Assembly: GCA_964016885.1 (NCBI GenBank)
Contig: OZ024741.1
Coordinates: forward strand, 90,954,001 to 91,018,000
From: Eledone cirrhosa
Taxonomy: Eukaryota
Length of the DNA stretch: 64,000 nt
Direction of reading: 5' to 3'
Shown here: one piece after another, positions 1 through 31,136 of the stretch
Numbering within the stretch: position 1 is the stretch's first letter
How the letters are laid out: each line of letters begins with the position of its first letter
Translations under genes and position numbers: made by a program
Notes under the pieces: generated by a model
Told to the model about the DNA's origin: nothing
Databases searched by the model: none
Seen by the model: only the letters and a program-made list of their open reading frames with translations

Positions 1-1200
1 GCAACCAAATAATATGAAGCATTTTGCCCAGTGCACTAACAATTCTGCCAATCTAGGGCCCGTATCATATTTACTGTTAAAAACATAATTGATATTTATC
101 ACGTGACCAAAACAAGATGGATAAATAATAAAGGTGATCATGGAAGGAATTAAATATATTGCATGAAATGATCCCTTGACCTGACTAGGTGGGTGGAACA
201 TGGAGTAAGAAAGGACTCAGATTGTAACAACCCTTTCAACTGATATCAGCATGGAAAGCAAATATAGAATGGTGATGATGACATACATTCTGACCTGTTT
301 TATAATCTATTTGAATATGTTTCAACTTTTGTGACCAATAAAGACATTTTTATTATCATTACTTTTAAAAAAGGATGGGGAATTGGCAGTGACAGTAAAG
401 CGGACAAAATGCTTTGCATGGCTTCTCAGTCGTAGTCAAGGCTACTAAACAAATCCTATAGAATACAAAAAAGTTTCAGACAGAGGATGCACTATAACCC
501 ATCTTGGAGAGCAGCTAATCTGAATAAACACTGATATAAATTAGAGAGGACACTTAATAGAGGCAACTTATATTCTCATCTGCCTTTAAACTGTCATTGT
601 CTCCTTGGTAAGCCCTCCTACACCTTACATCCTGGAGACAACAATTATTCCCAGAGACATTACACTCACACTTTGAGGCTTCTGATACCAGTCTTTGCAT
701 CATTAAGGAATATGGTTTCCCAATTATAGTGAATGCCACCCATCTCGAAATTTAGGCATTTCAAATAAACTCAACAATATATAAAAAGACTTCTACCCTA
801 ACCTCTTCGAAGTTATGTAAACTCTACAAGCTGCAACAAGGGTAACACATCATCATTATCATCTTTTAACATCCGTTTTCCCTGCTAGCAAGGGTTGGAC
901 AGATCATCAAAGGCCAAGATAGTAGTGAATCAGTGCTGCTAGTCTCTCAGTTAAGCCAGGTGTTAGACATTCTGCTTACATACATTCCTGCACTCTATAG
1001 ATTGAACTGGCAGCACTAAGGAACCTGACATGTCTTTGACAACCTTTTGTTTCACATGTTTTCTAACTGTAAGCCCTTTCTAAAACCAACTATCTTATAG
1101 AATGTACAGGGTGTGTTTTATCATGGTACCAACACTAGGGAGGTTGTCATGCAATTGACACAACTGGCATAGTATCTGGCTTGGGTAGGATTATTTTTAA

Positions 1201-2085
1201 CTAGCAGTAAAGCCCGGTGTTGATCGGGGCTGCTCAGAAGCTGTGTTAAAGTTACAATGTTAAGTTCCTTTCTTGGCTTAAAAACTGTAGAGTCTACAGT
1301 GTAGACTTTCATGTGGTACTTTTGATTAATATTCCCTCAACCAACAGTATGCCTTATGAAGTTAAGAAAACATAACCATAACCCGAATGTTAAAACAAAA
1401 GAGGATGCTGGGGATAAAAACTGCACCGGTAATCTATTAATAAAAATCGAAAATGTAAACACTGCAACACTTGTCTCAGAGAAAAACATCAGCTAACCAA
1501 ACTATCAGTTATTTTGAAACAAAGAAATTGGATGGATATGAAAAACAAAAAAAAAATGCGTTATCTGTCTGTCGTTTAAAATCATTGCTTCTAAATGAAA
1601 ATCTCATAAGGCTTTATTCGAGATTATATATATAGATCAATGCTATTTTTACAAAATATTTGCTTGTTTTACGGTGTATTCAAATAGGCTTGTTTTCAAG
1701 TAAAAATATTGTTTTAAAAGACTTTTTAATGGAAATGAAGCAAAATGGAAGCTTAATGTTGAAACTTCGAACTCATGAATTTTGCAGGTTAAAATTTTGC
1801 TGGTCCGAAAACTGTTTGCGTATTTTTGTACTTTTGCACACGTCGTATATTCGTAACGTAAATAGATAGAATGGCGCCATAAAAGGGAAATAACTCGTCT
1901 CTCGTCTCTATTTATACATTTAAACTGAAAAATCAATACATTGCGAATTCGATTTTTGCACTTGGCGCGGGTCGATTTGAAACTTTTTTTACCGATGTCT
2001 CCGCCGGACCTTCATCTATAAGTGTAGCAATTTCACCGAAATTTGAACGTATGGTTTAGGAGGAGATGTGTGCCGACCGTTTTAG

Positions 2086-2120
<35 letters not shown>

Positions 2121-2141
2121 CCTCAGTTTTATATATATAGA
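1201..2141 (-). mobile_element. Non-autonomous Helitron A
   Basis: Minus strand 5' TCTATATATATAAAA + (GTCT)n; 3' hairpin CCCGATCAACACCGGG then CTAG; absent from copy B; A|T target without TSD. Confidence 0.85.
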
Positions 2142-3037
2142 CTAGCAGAAAACCACCCGGTGGGCGGTTTTCTGCTAGCAAATCTAGTGTATATACTGAT
2201 ATTGTTGAGATTTGGATGAGAAATGTTTTCGGCACCACATGTTCACCGTCTCTCGGTGTGTCTTTTATGCATGTATAAATATATATGTTATCTATACGGT
2301 GAAATCTTTGAAATAAATATATGTTAAAACGAAAAAGGAGAAAATAAATAACCATTAGGTGTGAATAAGGAAATATTTTTTTATTGTCAAAACAAATATT
2401 CAAAAGTTAAACTTCAATTTTTTGAATTATTTCCAATTTTTTCATGAAATTGAACACTGGACATTGGCTGCTGGAAATGGAAATTAAATCGCATTTAATT
2501 GTATTTAAATTTCTAACCTTATTTTATTATTTATATTTTTTCAATAAGAAATAAAAAAAAAACAACAACAAAAAATTGAAGAAAAAAATTGAACAAATCA
2601 AACGTAGGTTATGGAACTGCGCAATCTGATTAATAAATTACCTCATCAGCAGCAACCTTCTTCAAATGGTCCTTATTATCAGCAGCAACAACCACAAATT
2701 CAATGGCAACCTTCTTCGCATGGTCTCAAGTCAGAACCGCCTCGAACTGGTTACTTCTGGCTTGTGCAAGGTGTCTCTATAGCAACCAGCGATTCCCTCG
2801 GCCTCAGTGACCAAAGTTAGTGGAGAGGGGAAGGTAATGTTTCTATAAAGGAAGGGGAAGGTAATATTTCTGTAGCACGTGTTTTAGCGTCTATTCACTC
2901 TCTCTCTCTCTCCCTCTCTCACTCCCACTATCCCCCTCTCGTAGTCTGTCTCTTTCTTTCACGTTCACTCTCTCTCTACGTGTTTCCACTGTCGGACAGA
3001 CAGACAGAGAAATTGCTGGTTATATATTATAAGGAGA
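2142..3037 (-). mobile_element. Non-autonomous Helitron B
   Basis: Minus strand 5' TCTCCTTATAATATATAA + (TCTG)n; 3' palindrome ending CTAG at 2142; absent from copy B. Confidence 0.8.
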
Positions 3038-3118
3038 TGAATAAAAACTGATTCTAGACTAACAGGAACTTTATATATAGCATAATCTTTATAAATATGA
3101 GATTATAACAATTCTTAA

Positions 3119-3200
3119 CAGCTTTTCGTCTTGTTTGTTCAATTTTTTTCTTTAATATATGAAGTTCTATTAAATACTTAGTTTGCTTTGTATTTGATTG
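3119..3200 (-). pseudogene. Inactivated duplicate of kinesin exon 34564-34644
   Basis: Same sequence but acceptor AG>AA, donor GT>TT and +1 base in the A-run (82 vs 81 nt). Confidence 0.85.
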
Positions 3201-3904
3201 TTGAAGAAAAATATAGAAAATTTGTTAGCAAATGTTTAATTTTTTGTTATTATATTTCTAAAAATATATATACTTCTTATGTTTCAATTAAATTCTGAAA
3301 TAAGAAAAAATTTCATAAACCAACTATAATATTTTTGTTTATTGATATATGAATGTTCTCTTAGAACACAATTTATAAGGTTCTTAAATAAATAATTTTT
3401 TGTTATTATATTTCTAACAAATTTTAGTTCTAAACCTATTCTAATTACAAATAAATACAGGTAAATATCATAAAATGTGAAATTATTCAAATTTAGTTTG
3501 ACTACCACCATATAAAATTAATTTTTAGCTAATAGTCAACTAGATATTTCACAGAATTGTAATATAGAAAACAGTGCACATTGTTGAATTTTCAATTGAA
3601 CTTGAGTGCACATAAAAGGTGCAGTATAAAGGTAATACAATGAAATAATTTATGCTTAAAGAAGACTAGAAAATGGAATAAATTCACACACACAATAATG
3701 ATTAATTAATCATGTCATTCACCTTACAGGTAAATTAAAATTGTAGGTAAGTACAATTAAAAAATTGAAAATCAGGTAACTTTTAGATTTGAGAATAAAA
3801 CATTTTAAAAAATGAATCTACATATATACAAATTAAAAAAATTATATCATGTATCTTTCATGTAAAGTTGTAAAATATCCTGTTCTGTAAAATGCACAGT
3901 GGAA

Positions 3905-4300
3905 AGTTGTTTCAACTGACAAACTGCTAGGAGTTTGGAGAGAATTGAAGCAAGCATGCTTTAATGGACCTGCAATATTAATGTGCAAGAACAACAAAGC
4001 ATGGATGAAATCAGGAAAAAGAATTGGTTGTAAAAGGAATCAGAGATAGTGTGCAGGTGAGGAGACTGTATTAGTATGGACATGTGCTGTGCAAGGATGA
4101 TGATTGCCAAATAATCCCAGTGACAAGAGTTTGCAGTAGAGGTAAACCTGGATGATAGTGGTGAGAGCTGATCTCAGATTGCTGAAACTCACAAAGGAGA
4201 TGATAAAGGAACATGTCAAGTGGAGAGATGCTGTACTAAGATGAGCCCACCAACCCATGCAAGCATGGAACAACAAATGTAAAATAATAATGATGATGAC
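3905..4300 (+). mobile_element. Decayed RTE LINE 3' fragment (also at about 35350-35740)
   Basis: Similar to 3' end of the 36.8-40 kb RTE; (tga)n tail. Confidence 0.75.
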
Positions 4301-5069
4301 AATTCCTCTTGCAGGCTTTTGATTTCCTTCCAACAATGTTTTTTTATAGAACACTGTCCTCCACTGTGTTGCTATATTTTGCACAAAACTGTAGATGGTC
4401 GCAACACTTTTGTGTACCTTGCAATTTGCTACAAATCAGATATCACCACCACTTATTACCTGGTTTCCCAACCGAGTAATTACTTATCATCTGATTCACC
4501 AGATATACACCACCTATAAAACTGTTATAATCTTGGTTTAAACATAAGATTTCGCACTAATAGGTAGAAAATCATTTTGCCTTTTATCCTTAAATGCAGT
4601 TGCTAGTAAATTTCCTTTCAACCATTAGATTTTTATCCTTTCTATTATAAGTTTTGCTCTTTTCATAGTCAACAACAGCTCGTTTGTAATTGCAGTCACT
4701 GTGTTACACAAATATCTTTTCACAGCTTCTATATCCATCACATGTTTTACCAAACTGAAAATCAGTCAAATATATTATACGACCTTGGTTATGGTATGGA
4801 AGTAATCATTTTCAGACCTCATCATACCTTAGGGCATGTTGACTCACTTTTTCATATAAGAAATAAATCCACACCAGTACTACTGTTATTATACTCAGAG
4901 TCATTAACAATATTAGTAATTGATATAGCCAATTTAAAATTTCCTGTATGGTTTTTAATGGACATGTGGTTTTTAATATTAATATGTAAGAACAACAAAG
5001 CATGGATGAAATCAGGAAAAAAAATTGGTTGTAAAAGGAATCAGAGATAGTGTGCAGGTGAGGAGACTG

Positions 5070-5690
5070 TAATAAAATAAAGTACCAGTAATGTACTGGA
5101 GTCGATTTAATACGTTCCCCTCCCACAAATTACTGGCCTTGCGCCTATACCAGAAATAATTATTATGATAATCCCGCCGAGGTTAACTTTGCCTTTCATC
5201 CTTACGGGGTCGATAAAATAATGTACCAGTAATACACTGGATTGATTGCTAGCCTTGTGCCAAAAGTGGAAACAATCATTATTGTTATTATTAAGGGCAG
5301 TGGATTGGCAGTATCGATAGAACGACCCACACCCTGCTTCACGACATAGAGTTACGGCCCTTTACGTTATGGGTTAAAATCCTGCTGGGTTTGCTTAGCC
5401 TTTCATCCTTGCGGAGTCGATAAAATAAAGCACCAGTAATGCACTGGGGTCGATTTAATCGACTTTCTCCTCCCCCCAAATTGCTGGCCTTGTGCCTATA
5501 TAAGAAACCATTATTATTGCTAACATTGGTAATTTGTAGAGAGAAGTTAGTTGATTAAATCGAATCCATACCTGGCTGATTCTTTATTCTAGCAACACCG
5601 AAAGGATGAAAGATAAAGTTAAACTTGGCGGGATTTGAAAGCAGGAGATAAAGGGCTGTAATCGAGTGCGATTCTACCACTCCTAATAAT
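5070..5690. mobile_element. Cluster of tRNA-derived SINE copies
   Basis: Repeated tttgcctttcatcctt..ggggtcgataaaataa..accagt body, three on + and one on -. Confidence 0.8.
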
Positions 5691-5789
5691 AATACTTCCA
5701 TTTATTTTCCACAAAGTTGTTGAAAAAAGGGACACGAAGACATTAAAATGGAGTTATTTTGATCTCCGAGCTACGCCCTCTATCGAGTA

Positions 5790-6150
5790 ACGTTACTACA
5801 AAGACCCTTCAGAAGAATCCAATTTCGGCCGCTTGTATTCGTGATCGTATTCTTTCGGTCATTAACCATGATTCATGACCATAGGTAAGGGTGAACACGA
5901 ATACCAGATTGAAGATAGCCTCTTTGACTTTTACACTTACCTCCCTTCTTCTGATTACCGAATGATGAAGATGGCACATTACTCCACCAGCTCCGACAAC
6001 TCTTGCACTTAATTCAGCCTCCTGCTTTTCATCATTCGTCAACATGGCCCCGTGATACTTGAACGTCTCTATCTGGTCTAGCTGAACGCTATTCAAAGGC
6101 TTCCTTGAGAAGACGAGTGTCTCCGTCTTCGCAGCACTAAGTTTCATTTC
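5790..6150 (-). mobile_element. RTE-clade reverse transcriptase C-terminal remnant
   Basis: ORF 5809-6147: KTETLV, FKY.G, TLTYGHESWLMTERIRSRIQAAE. Confidence 0.8.
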
Positions 6151-6332
6151 TGGCGCTCCTGCTAGAGCGGCTACTTCTCAGAATTAAAAGATCACAGCTC
6201 CGATATTACGGAGATGTGTTTAGAATATCTCAGGAAAGAATCGCTGGACAGATTTTACATACAAATCATGATGTGTGGGGAAGGGGTTCGCACTTGTCCG
6301 TGAACGTTAATACTTCTTTATATTCCTGAGCC

Positions 6333-6561
6333 AAGAAGAAGAAGAAGAAGAAGAAGAAGAAGAAGAAGAAGAAGAAGAAGAAGAAGAAGAAGAAGAAGAA
6401 GAAGAGTTTTTGTTTTGTTTTTATCAGTATTGATTCTAAGAAAAACAAACATTTACAAAAATGATAAAACATTCAAATTATATAACTCCTACATATTTCC
6501 CACTCTATCTGCCAACAAAAATATTGTTTGAACTATTTCCACATCACACTACAATCATCAC

Positions 6562-6613
<52 letters not shown>
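6333..6613. repeat. (AAG)n and (CAT)n microsatellites
   Basis: Perfect triplet runs at about 6333-6404 and 6556-6613. Confidence 0.95.
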
Positions 6614-6614
<1 letters not shown>

Positions 6615-7024
6615 CAACCACCACATCAATATCCTTCTTCCTCTTGGTTTTCATTGGTGTGATAGAACTATAGACACCAGTTTTCATTGGTCATCTGGCG
6701 CGACATTCAAACTCGTATACCTTTGTGTAGACTTTGGCATACACAATCGGCTTCATTCACATAACACTGCCTTCTATTGACGATCACCTTTAAATACTGG
6801 GCTTTTACTCACAGCCTGTCATATTTGTCTTGTCTGTTCACTGGACTTATTCGGAGAATTTAGTGAGTTCACTTACATACAACTCCTCTGAGAGTGTCTG
6901 CGGTGTATATATATATATAACGTCACTGTTCAATACATTGACAGCGTCACCTCCATACATTCGCAAAGGCAAGTGAACTGGTGATATTTATATATATATA
7001 CAGAATATATTCAAGATAATCAGC

Positions 7025-25708
<18,684 letters not shown>

Positions 25709-26180
25709 ATTACATAAAATTTAATGTTTAATAATCCAATTAATCACCAGGCAATACAAGAATATGAATAATCCATTTCACCTTTGTCGATTATAATTAT
25801 CATGATGATGATGTTGATGGTGATGATTTTAATTTGAGCATATACTAATGAAAATTGTTTTGTTTTTACAATAATACTTCACTCATTTTATATAATTATA
25901 TATATATACATACATATATATATACATACACATATATATATATATATGTATATATATACATACACACATATATATATATACATACACACACACATTATAT
26001 ATATATATATACATACAAAGAACATGTTTATGTATAAACAACTTTTTCTGAATAATTTAAATAATTTACTCTGTGATTTTAGGATAGAAATTCTGTCCAT
26101 AATTCTTCTTGGAATATTTACAACCTGCTATATGCAATACTAAAGAAAAACAAATATGTATTCCACAGCTAAGACAAATC

Positions 26181-26209
26181 AATAAAGTTATCAAAATGAA
26201 ATAAATAAA
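26181..26209 (+). terminator. Candidate polyadenylation signals of the DSL-CBM14 gene
   Basis: AATAAA at 26181, 26200 and 26204, about 480 nt after the stop, followed by T/GT-rich sequence. Confidence 0.45.
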
Positions 26210-27040
26210 ATACCAGATTAGTTTCATAAAAATCTTCTTGTGTTATTTATATGTTCTATGACTTAAGTCCTCAAGTAGTTTGTGTGGGGTCTTCAAAAAC
26301 CTAACAAACATATAGTTATTGCATACATGGTGAACTAGCAGAGTCATTAGAGCAGAGGACAAAATGCCTTTGTGGTATTTGTTCCAAATCTCTGCACCCT
26401 GATTTCAATCCTGCTAAGATCAGATTTGCCTTTCCTCCTTTTGGAGTCAATAAAATAAAATACCGGTCTAAGGCAGTGTATTGGCAGAATTGTTAGAATG
26501 TCACATGTAACGCGTTGTAATATTTCTTCTGAGTTCAAAACCCTTATATGATCTACATGGGGGATAAATATAATCTGTCCCCTTGTTTAACACCATGACC
26601 TGACCATTAGCTACGTTTAACAATATCCAAGATGTTGCATTAGACCAGTTCTCCAGTTTGAGAATATTTTCCTACTTCCCTGCCACCACTCACTGGATAT
26701 AGAATGCCTGAGAGAACATGATAGTTATGTCTATTTAATCACTTTGATCATTTGTTGCCTGATCAGTGTTAAGTTGGGGCTAAACAACCATAACAAACTA
26801 GCTAACTTTTGAAGAAACTCCTTCATTTGTACTGTTTTACCTTTTAGAATAAGGTAAAATAAGGATCAGGAAGAACCTTGTTGAGTCATCTATAAAAAGT
26901 ATAAAATATCCTGTCTTCAGTCATGACCAGATTTACACTTTTGGAGCCCTGGGGCAGTTCAGGTTTGGTGAGCCCTTCATATAAAAATGTTACAACTCAC
27001 ACACAAAAATGTGTGTGTGTGTATATATATATATATATCA

Positions 27041-28325
27041 ATGGCCGAGCTAGAGAAGAAATTCCAAACATGGAAGCACGGCCTAGAGTCAAAAGGACTT
27101 AAAATTAACCTGGCTAAGACCAAAGTTCTAGTTTGTAGGAAAGAAAACAAGGCGGCGGTCCCTTCTGGGAAATGGTCGTGCTCGGTGTGTAGGAAAGGCG
27201 TAGGTAGAAACTCCATTTTATGTCCTAAATGCAAAGTATGGGTGCATAAAAGATGTAGTGGGATCACAGGTAAGCTAACTAAGAACATAGATTTTACATG
27301 TGGTCGGTGTTCTGGTGCAATAAGTAGCAGCAAGTGCCCACAAAATACTAGCTCTTTCAATTGCGCAGAGGGTTCTATAGAAATAGTGGACAGCTTCCGT
27401 TACCTGGGCGATAAAATCAGCAGTGGGGGAGGGTGCTCTGAAAGTACTGTAGCTAGAGTCAGAACTGGTTGGAAAAAGTTCAGAGAGCTTATACTACTAT
27501 TAGCTGCTAAAGGGTTCTCCCTAAAAATGAAAGGCAGGTTGTACGATGCCTGCATACGAACAGCAATGTTGTATGGTAGTGAGACCTGGGCATTGTGTGC
27601 AGAGGATATACGCAGACTAGAGAGGAACGAAGCTTGCATGCTCCGCTGGATGTGTAACAGTAATATACGTGAACGGCAAAGCATAAACGAACTAAGGAAA
27701 AAATTAGAGATAAGAGGGATCAGATGTTGTTTACTCGAGAGAAGGCTGCGTTGGTATGGACACGTGATGCGCATGAAAGTCGATAGCTGTATAACAAAGT
27801 GCAGGGCAATAAAGATAGACAGTAGCCACGGAATAGGCAGACCTAGAAAAACATGGGATGAGCTGATAAACTCCGACCTCACACACTTACACCTCTCCAA
27901 GACAATGTCACTGGACCGAGACCTTTGGCGGTACTCAGTAACAGAGAAGACCCGCCTTGCCAGTAGGCATCTCTAACAAAATACACCCCGTCCCGCCACC
28001 ACCCCCACCCCATCCACACCACCCCGTTCTATGTAAAGTTATGTTGGTGCCGCGCCATCCATGCCGAAACAAATGAGATCGTGTAGGTGTCACGACAAAA
28101 AAAAACACAGTCCACGCTGTAATGTGGCCGTGTAGGCAACACGGTAAAAACCTCCCAGACCCACACTGTAAATGTGGTTGGTGTTAGGAAGGGCATCCAA
28201 CTGTAGAAAACCTGCCAGACAGTCCTATGCGAGCAAGACAATCACTCTTGCCTCAAGTGGGACTACCCCCGTCCAAACCCATGCAAGCGTGGAACACGGA
28301 CGTTAAACGTTGATGATGATGATGT
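27041..28325 (+). mobile_element. 5'-truncated RTE LINE (second family) with PHD finger and extended 3' UTR
   Basis: Open RT C-terminal ORF to 27976 (KINLAKTKVL, CSVC..CPKC..HKRC..CGRC, FRYLG, MLYGSETW, GRPRKTW); (tga)n tail. Confidence 0.92.
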
Positions 28326-28366
28326 ACATATACACGTATATGTACACATATATATATATACATATA

Positions 28367-28401
<35 letters not shown>

Positions 28402-28547
28402 TGAAAAGAAGATAAAAGACTTGATTATATTATATTTTAATTTGCACACGTTTCTTCTACATCTTAAGATATATAATCAATTATTAGCTAATTAATTATA
28501 AGAACAAAAGATTAGATTCATCGGAGTCAGGTCGTTTCAACAGCTAG

Positions 28548-28992
28548 TTAAAGTGTGGAACTAACTCTTGAAACAACAAGAGCTCAGCCTGTGTGAGATG
28601 TGCGATGCTGCATGGTAGTGAGACATGAGCAGCAACTGCAGAGGATATACGACGGCTGGAGAGAAATGAAGCAAGTATGCTCCGTTGGATGTGCAATGTC
28701 AATGTGCGTGAATGACCAAGCATAGACAAGTTGAGAAAGAAACTGGGTATAAGGGGGATAATGATCACTGGGTAAAGATGTGCGAAGAAATCCGAGTAGA
28801 AGGAAGATGCAGTAGAGTAGAGGTAAAACATGATCGGAGGTGGTGAGAGCAGACCTCAGATCGCTGAAACTCACCGAGGAGATGACGAAGGACCATGACA
28901 AGTGGAGAGATGCTGTGCTGAATAGGACCCGTCCAACACTTGCAAGCAGGGAAAAGCGGACATAAAATAATGATGATGATGATGATGATGAT
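28548..28992 (+). mobile_element. Decayed RTE 3' fragment
   Basis: Similar to 3' end of the 36.8-40 kb LINE, internal deletions, (tga)n tail. Confidence 0.85.
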
Positions 28993-29498
28993 ATATATAC
29001 ACACAAATATATTGTATGATGTATGTATACAAACAGCAATATTTTACAGTAGTGAGATCTGGGCGCTGATATATGAGCAAGACAAAGTCACCCAACTTGG
29101 CCCTGCTCACAACTGGACAACCCGTCTAACCCATGCTAGCGTGGAAGAATGGACGTAAAATGATGATGAGGATGATGGTGATCCCCATCTCCCCCCATAA
29201 CTGCTTGTGGAGTTGTAGAGGCACTGTCAAATGGCATGTCTAGGGCACTTTTAAACTTGGCAGAGCCCAACCCTATCCAGGTCGAAAGACAGCCAATTTT
29301 TTCTATACAGGAAGAATCGACCCCAGTACTAGACTGGTACTTTTTTTAGCGACATCGAAAGGATGAAAGGCAAAGTAGACCCCAGTGGGATTTGAACTCA
29401 GAGCGTGCAATGAGGTGGGACAAATACCATTAATGACTGTCAATTCGTCACCTATATATTATATTATATTACATATATTTATATATGATGAAGATCAT

Positions 29499-29543
<45 letters not shown>

Positions 29544-30099
29544 AATGATGATGATGATAATCATCATCATCGTTGTCATTTTAACGTCCACTTTCCCTGC
29601 TAGCAAAGTTTGGACAAGTCTAGATAAAACAAGTCATTCCGGAATAGGTGGCTACCAATCTCACAGACAACCCAGGAATCTATCGTTTCGCTTATGTATG
29701 GTCTCACATTCTCCCTAGTGCACTGGGGAAATGTTCATGACTTTGTAACAACTAAGGGTTCTCCCAACCCTTTGTTTGGTAAGCTTACTATGGCTGTATG
29801 AACTTCCTAAAACCAACCACTTTACAGCCTGTACTAGGTGCATTTATCTGTAGATCACAAAAACGCTAGGGAGTGTCAAGCTTTCTCACAATGAAGGATC
29901 CTCCTGGCCCTTTGTTTGGGTAACTTTCTGCAGCTGGATGCTCTTCCCATCAACAACCATTTCACAAGCAGCTAGGGGTGTGTGTGAGGAGGAAGCATGG
30001 GATGTGAGGGTTGTAGTAGTGTCGAGGATAGCTGTTGGTGAGCTATGGAAGAAGGAGAGGTCAGGCCAAATTGTATGTTGCAGGTTGGGTCTCCATTAG

Positions 30100-30430
30100 A
30101 ACAACACAGCACCAACCCTCACGATCTTTAATCATTTCTGTTGTGAGGGTTAGTTTAAGGTCAGCCTTCACAACCTCTTCCCTTGTATTCCTTGATTTTC
30201 CTCTTCTATGGCTTCAAACCATTGGGGCTTCTCTGCATTTCTTTATGCAGCTGTTATCTTCCATGTGCATCACCAATGCAGTCTTCTCTCTTGCACACTA
30301 CATCCAATTCCTCTTATGCCAAGTTTTTCTCTCAGTTTGCTTATGCTATGTTAATATAACACATCCATCAGAGTATACTTGACTTATTCCTTTCTAGCCT
30401 TCACAGGTCTTTAGCAATGAAGGCCCATGT
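30100..30430 (-). mobile_element. Decayed RTE fragment
   Basis: Recognisable GRPRKTW and RLRW-like regions on minus strand. Confidence 0.6.
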
Positions 30431-30945
30431 AACATTTCAGTTTGCACACAGTCATCATACAGTCTACCCTTTACTCAGAGAGAAAAGCATTTTTGTGCAT
30501 TCACTCCAAAAAAATATTTTTCTCTTTCTTTCTCTTCTCACTATCTACCTTTCTACTTTATGTTTTATTTCACATTCTATCTTCTGAAGGAAGACTAATT
30601 TCAGAGACTTTTAGGCTCTTTAACTTATTATATCATTATATTAAGCATTAAACTATTATGTATCTCCATTGTACTGCATTGTTTTGCTGATGATCATTCT
30701 ATTATATTGAAAGATATATATAAAATTAAATAGATTTTTTAAAAACCTGCAGGCATCAATCAAGAGTTTTGAAACATTAAATTTAATTCATTTAAACAAA
30801 ACATAGTTACAATAACAAATTGGATGCACCGGAAAACATTATTTTAGCTGAATGTTTTGAATACAATAGGGCATATTTAACCCAAGAATATCACCACAAC
30901 GGGTCAACTTAAATCAACAACTTCAGTTTCCAGCTTAATTTTACT

Positions 30946-31136
30946 TTAAAGAATTTTACATGAACTTGAATTATTTACAAATTCATTACTTGATTGACTG
31001 AGAGGTGGTTCTTCTTTGTTTACATTTTGTTCAGAATTAGATATGTTAGAACTGGAGAATTCACTTTTGTGTATTAGAAGTGGTTTGTCATTATTGGTGT
31101 TTGTACTATCAAGGCTTTCTTCAGTAATACTTTTAG
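30946..31136 (-). CDS. KIF28: KIF28-like terminal exon ending in CaaX-like CKIL
   Basis: ttttctttgtag acceptor, phase 1; AKSITEESLDSTN...EFVNNSSSCKIL*. Confidence 0.72.

Larger units (their letters stand above)
1..4955 (+). repeat. Segmental duplication copy A (of 33289-36397); extends beyond window start
   Basis: Base 1 gcaaccaaataatatgaagc... matches 33289; colinear apart from the 1837-bp insertion at 1201-3037; similarity ends near 4955. Confidence 0.95.

Noticed and set aside
554-739. 61-aa minus-strand ORF identical at 33845-34030 (also 3284-3511, 4040-4384 pairs)
   Set aside because: Identity is explained by the recent segmental duplication; no motif or splice support.
2611-2820. Gln-rich 69-aa ORF
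   Set aside because: Inside Helitron B; short internal repeats, no evidence of captured host exon.
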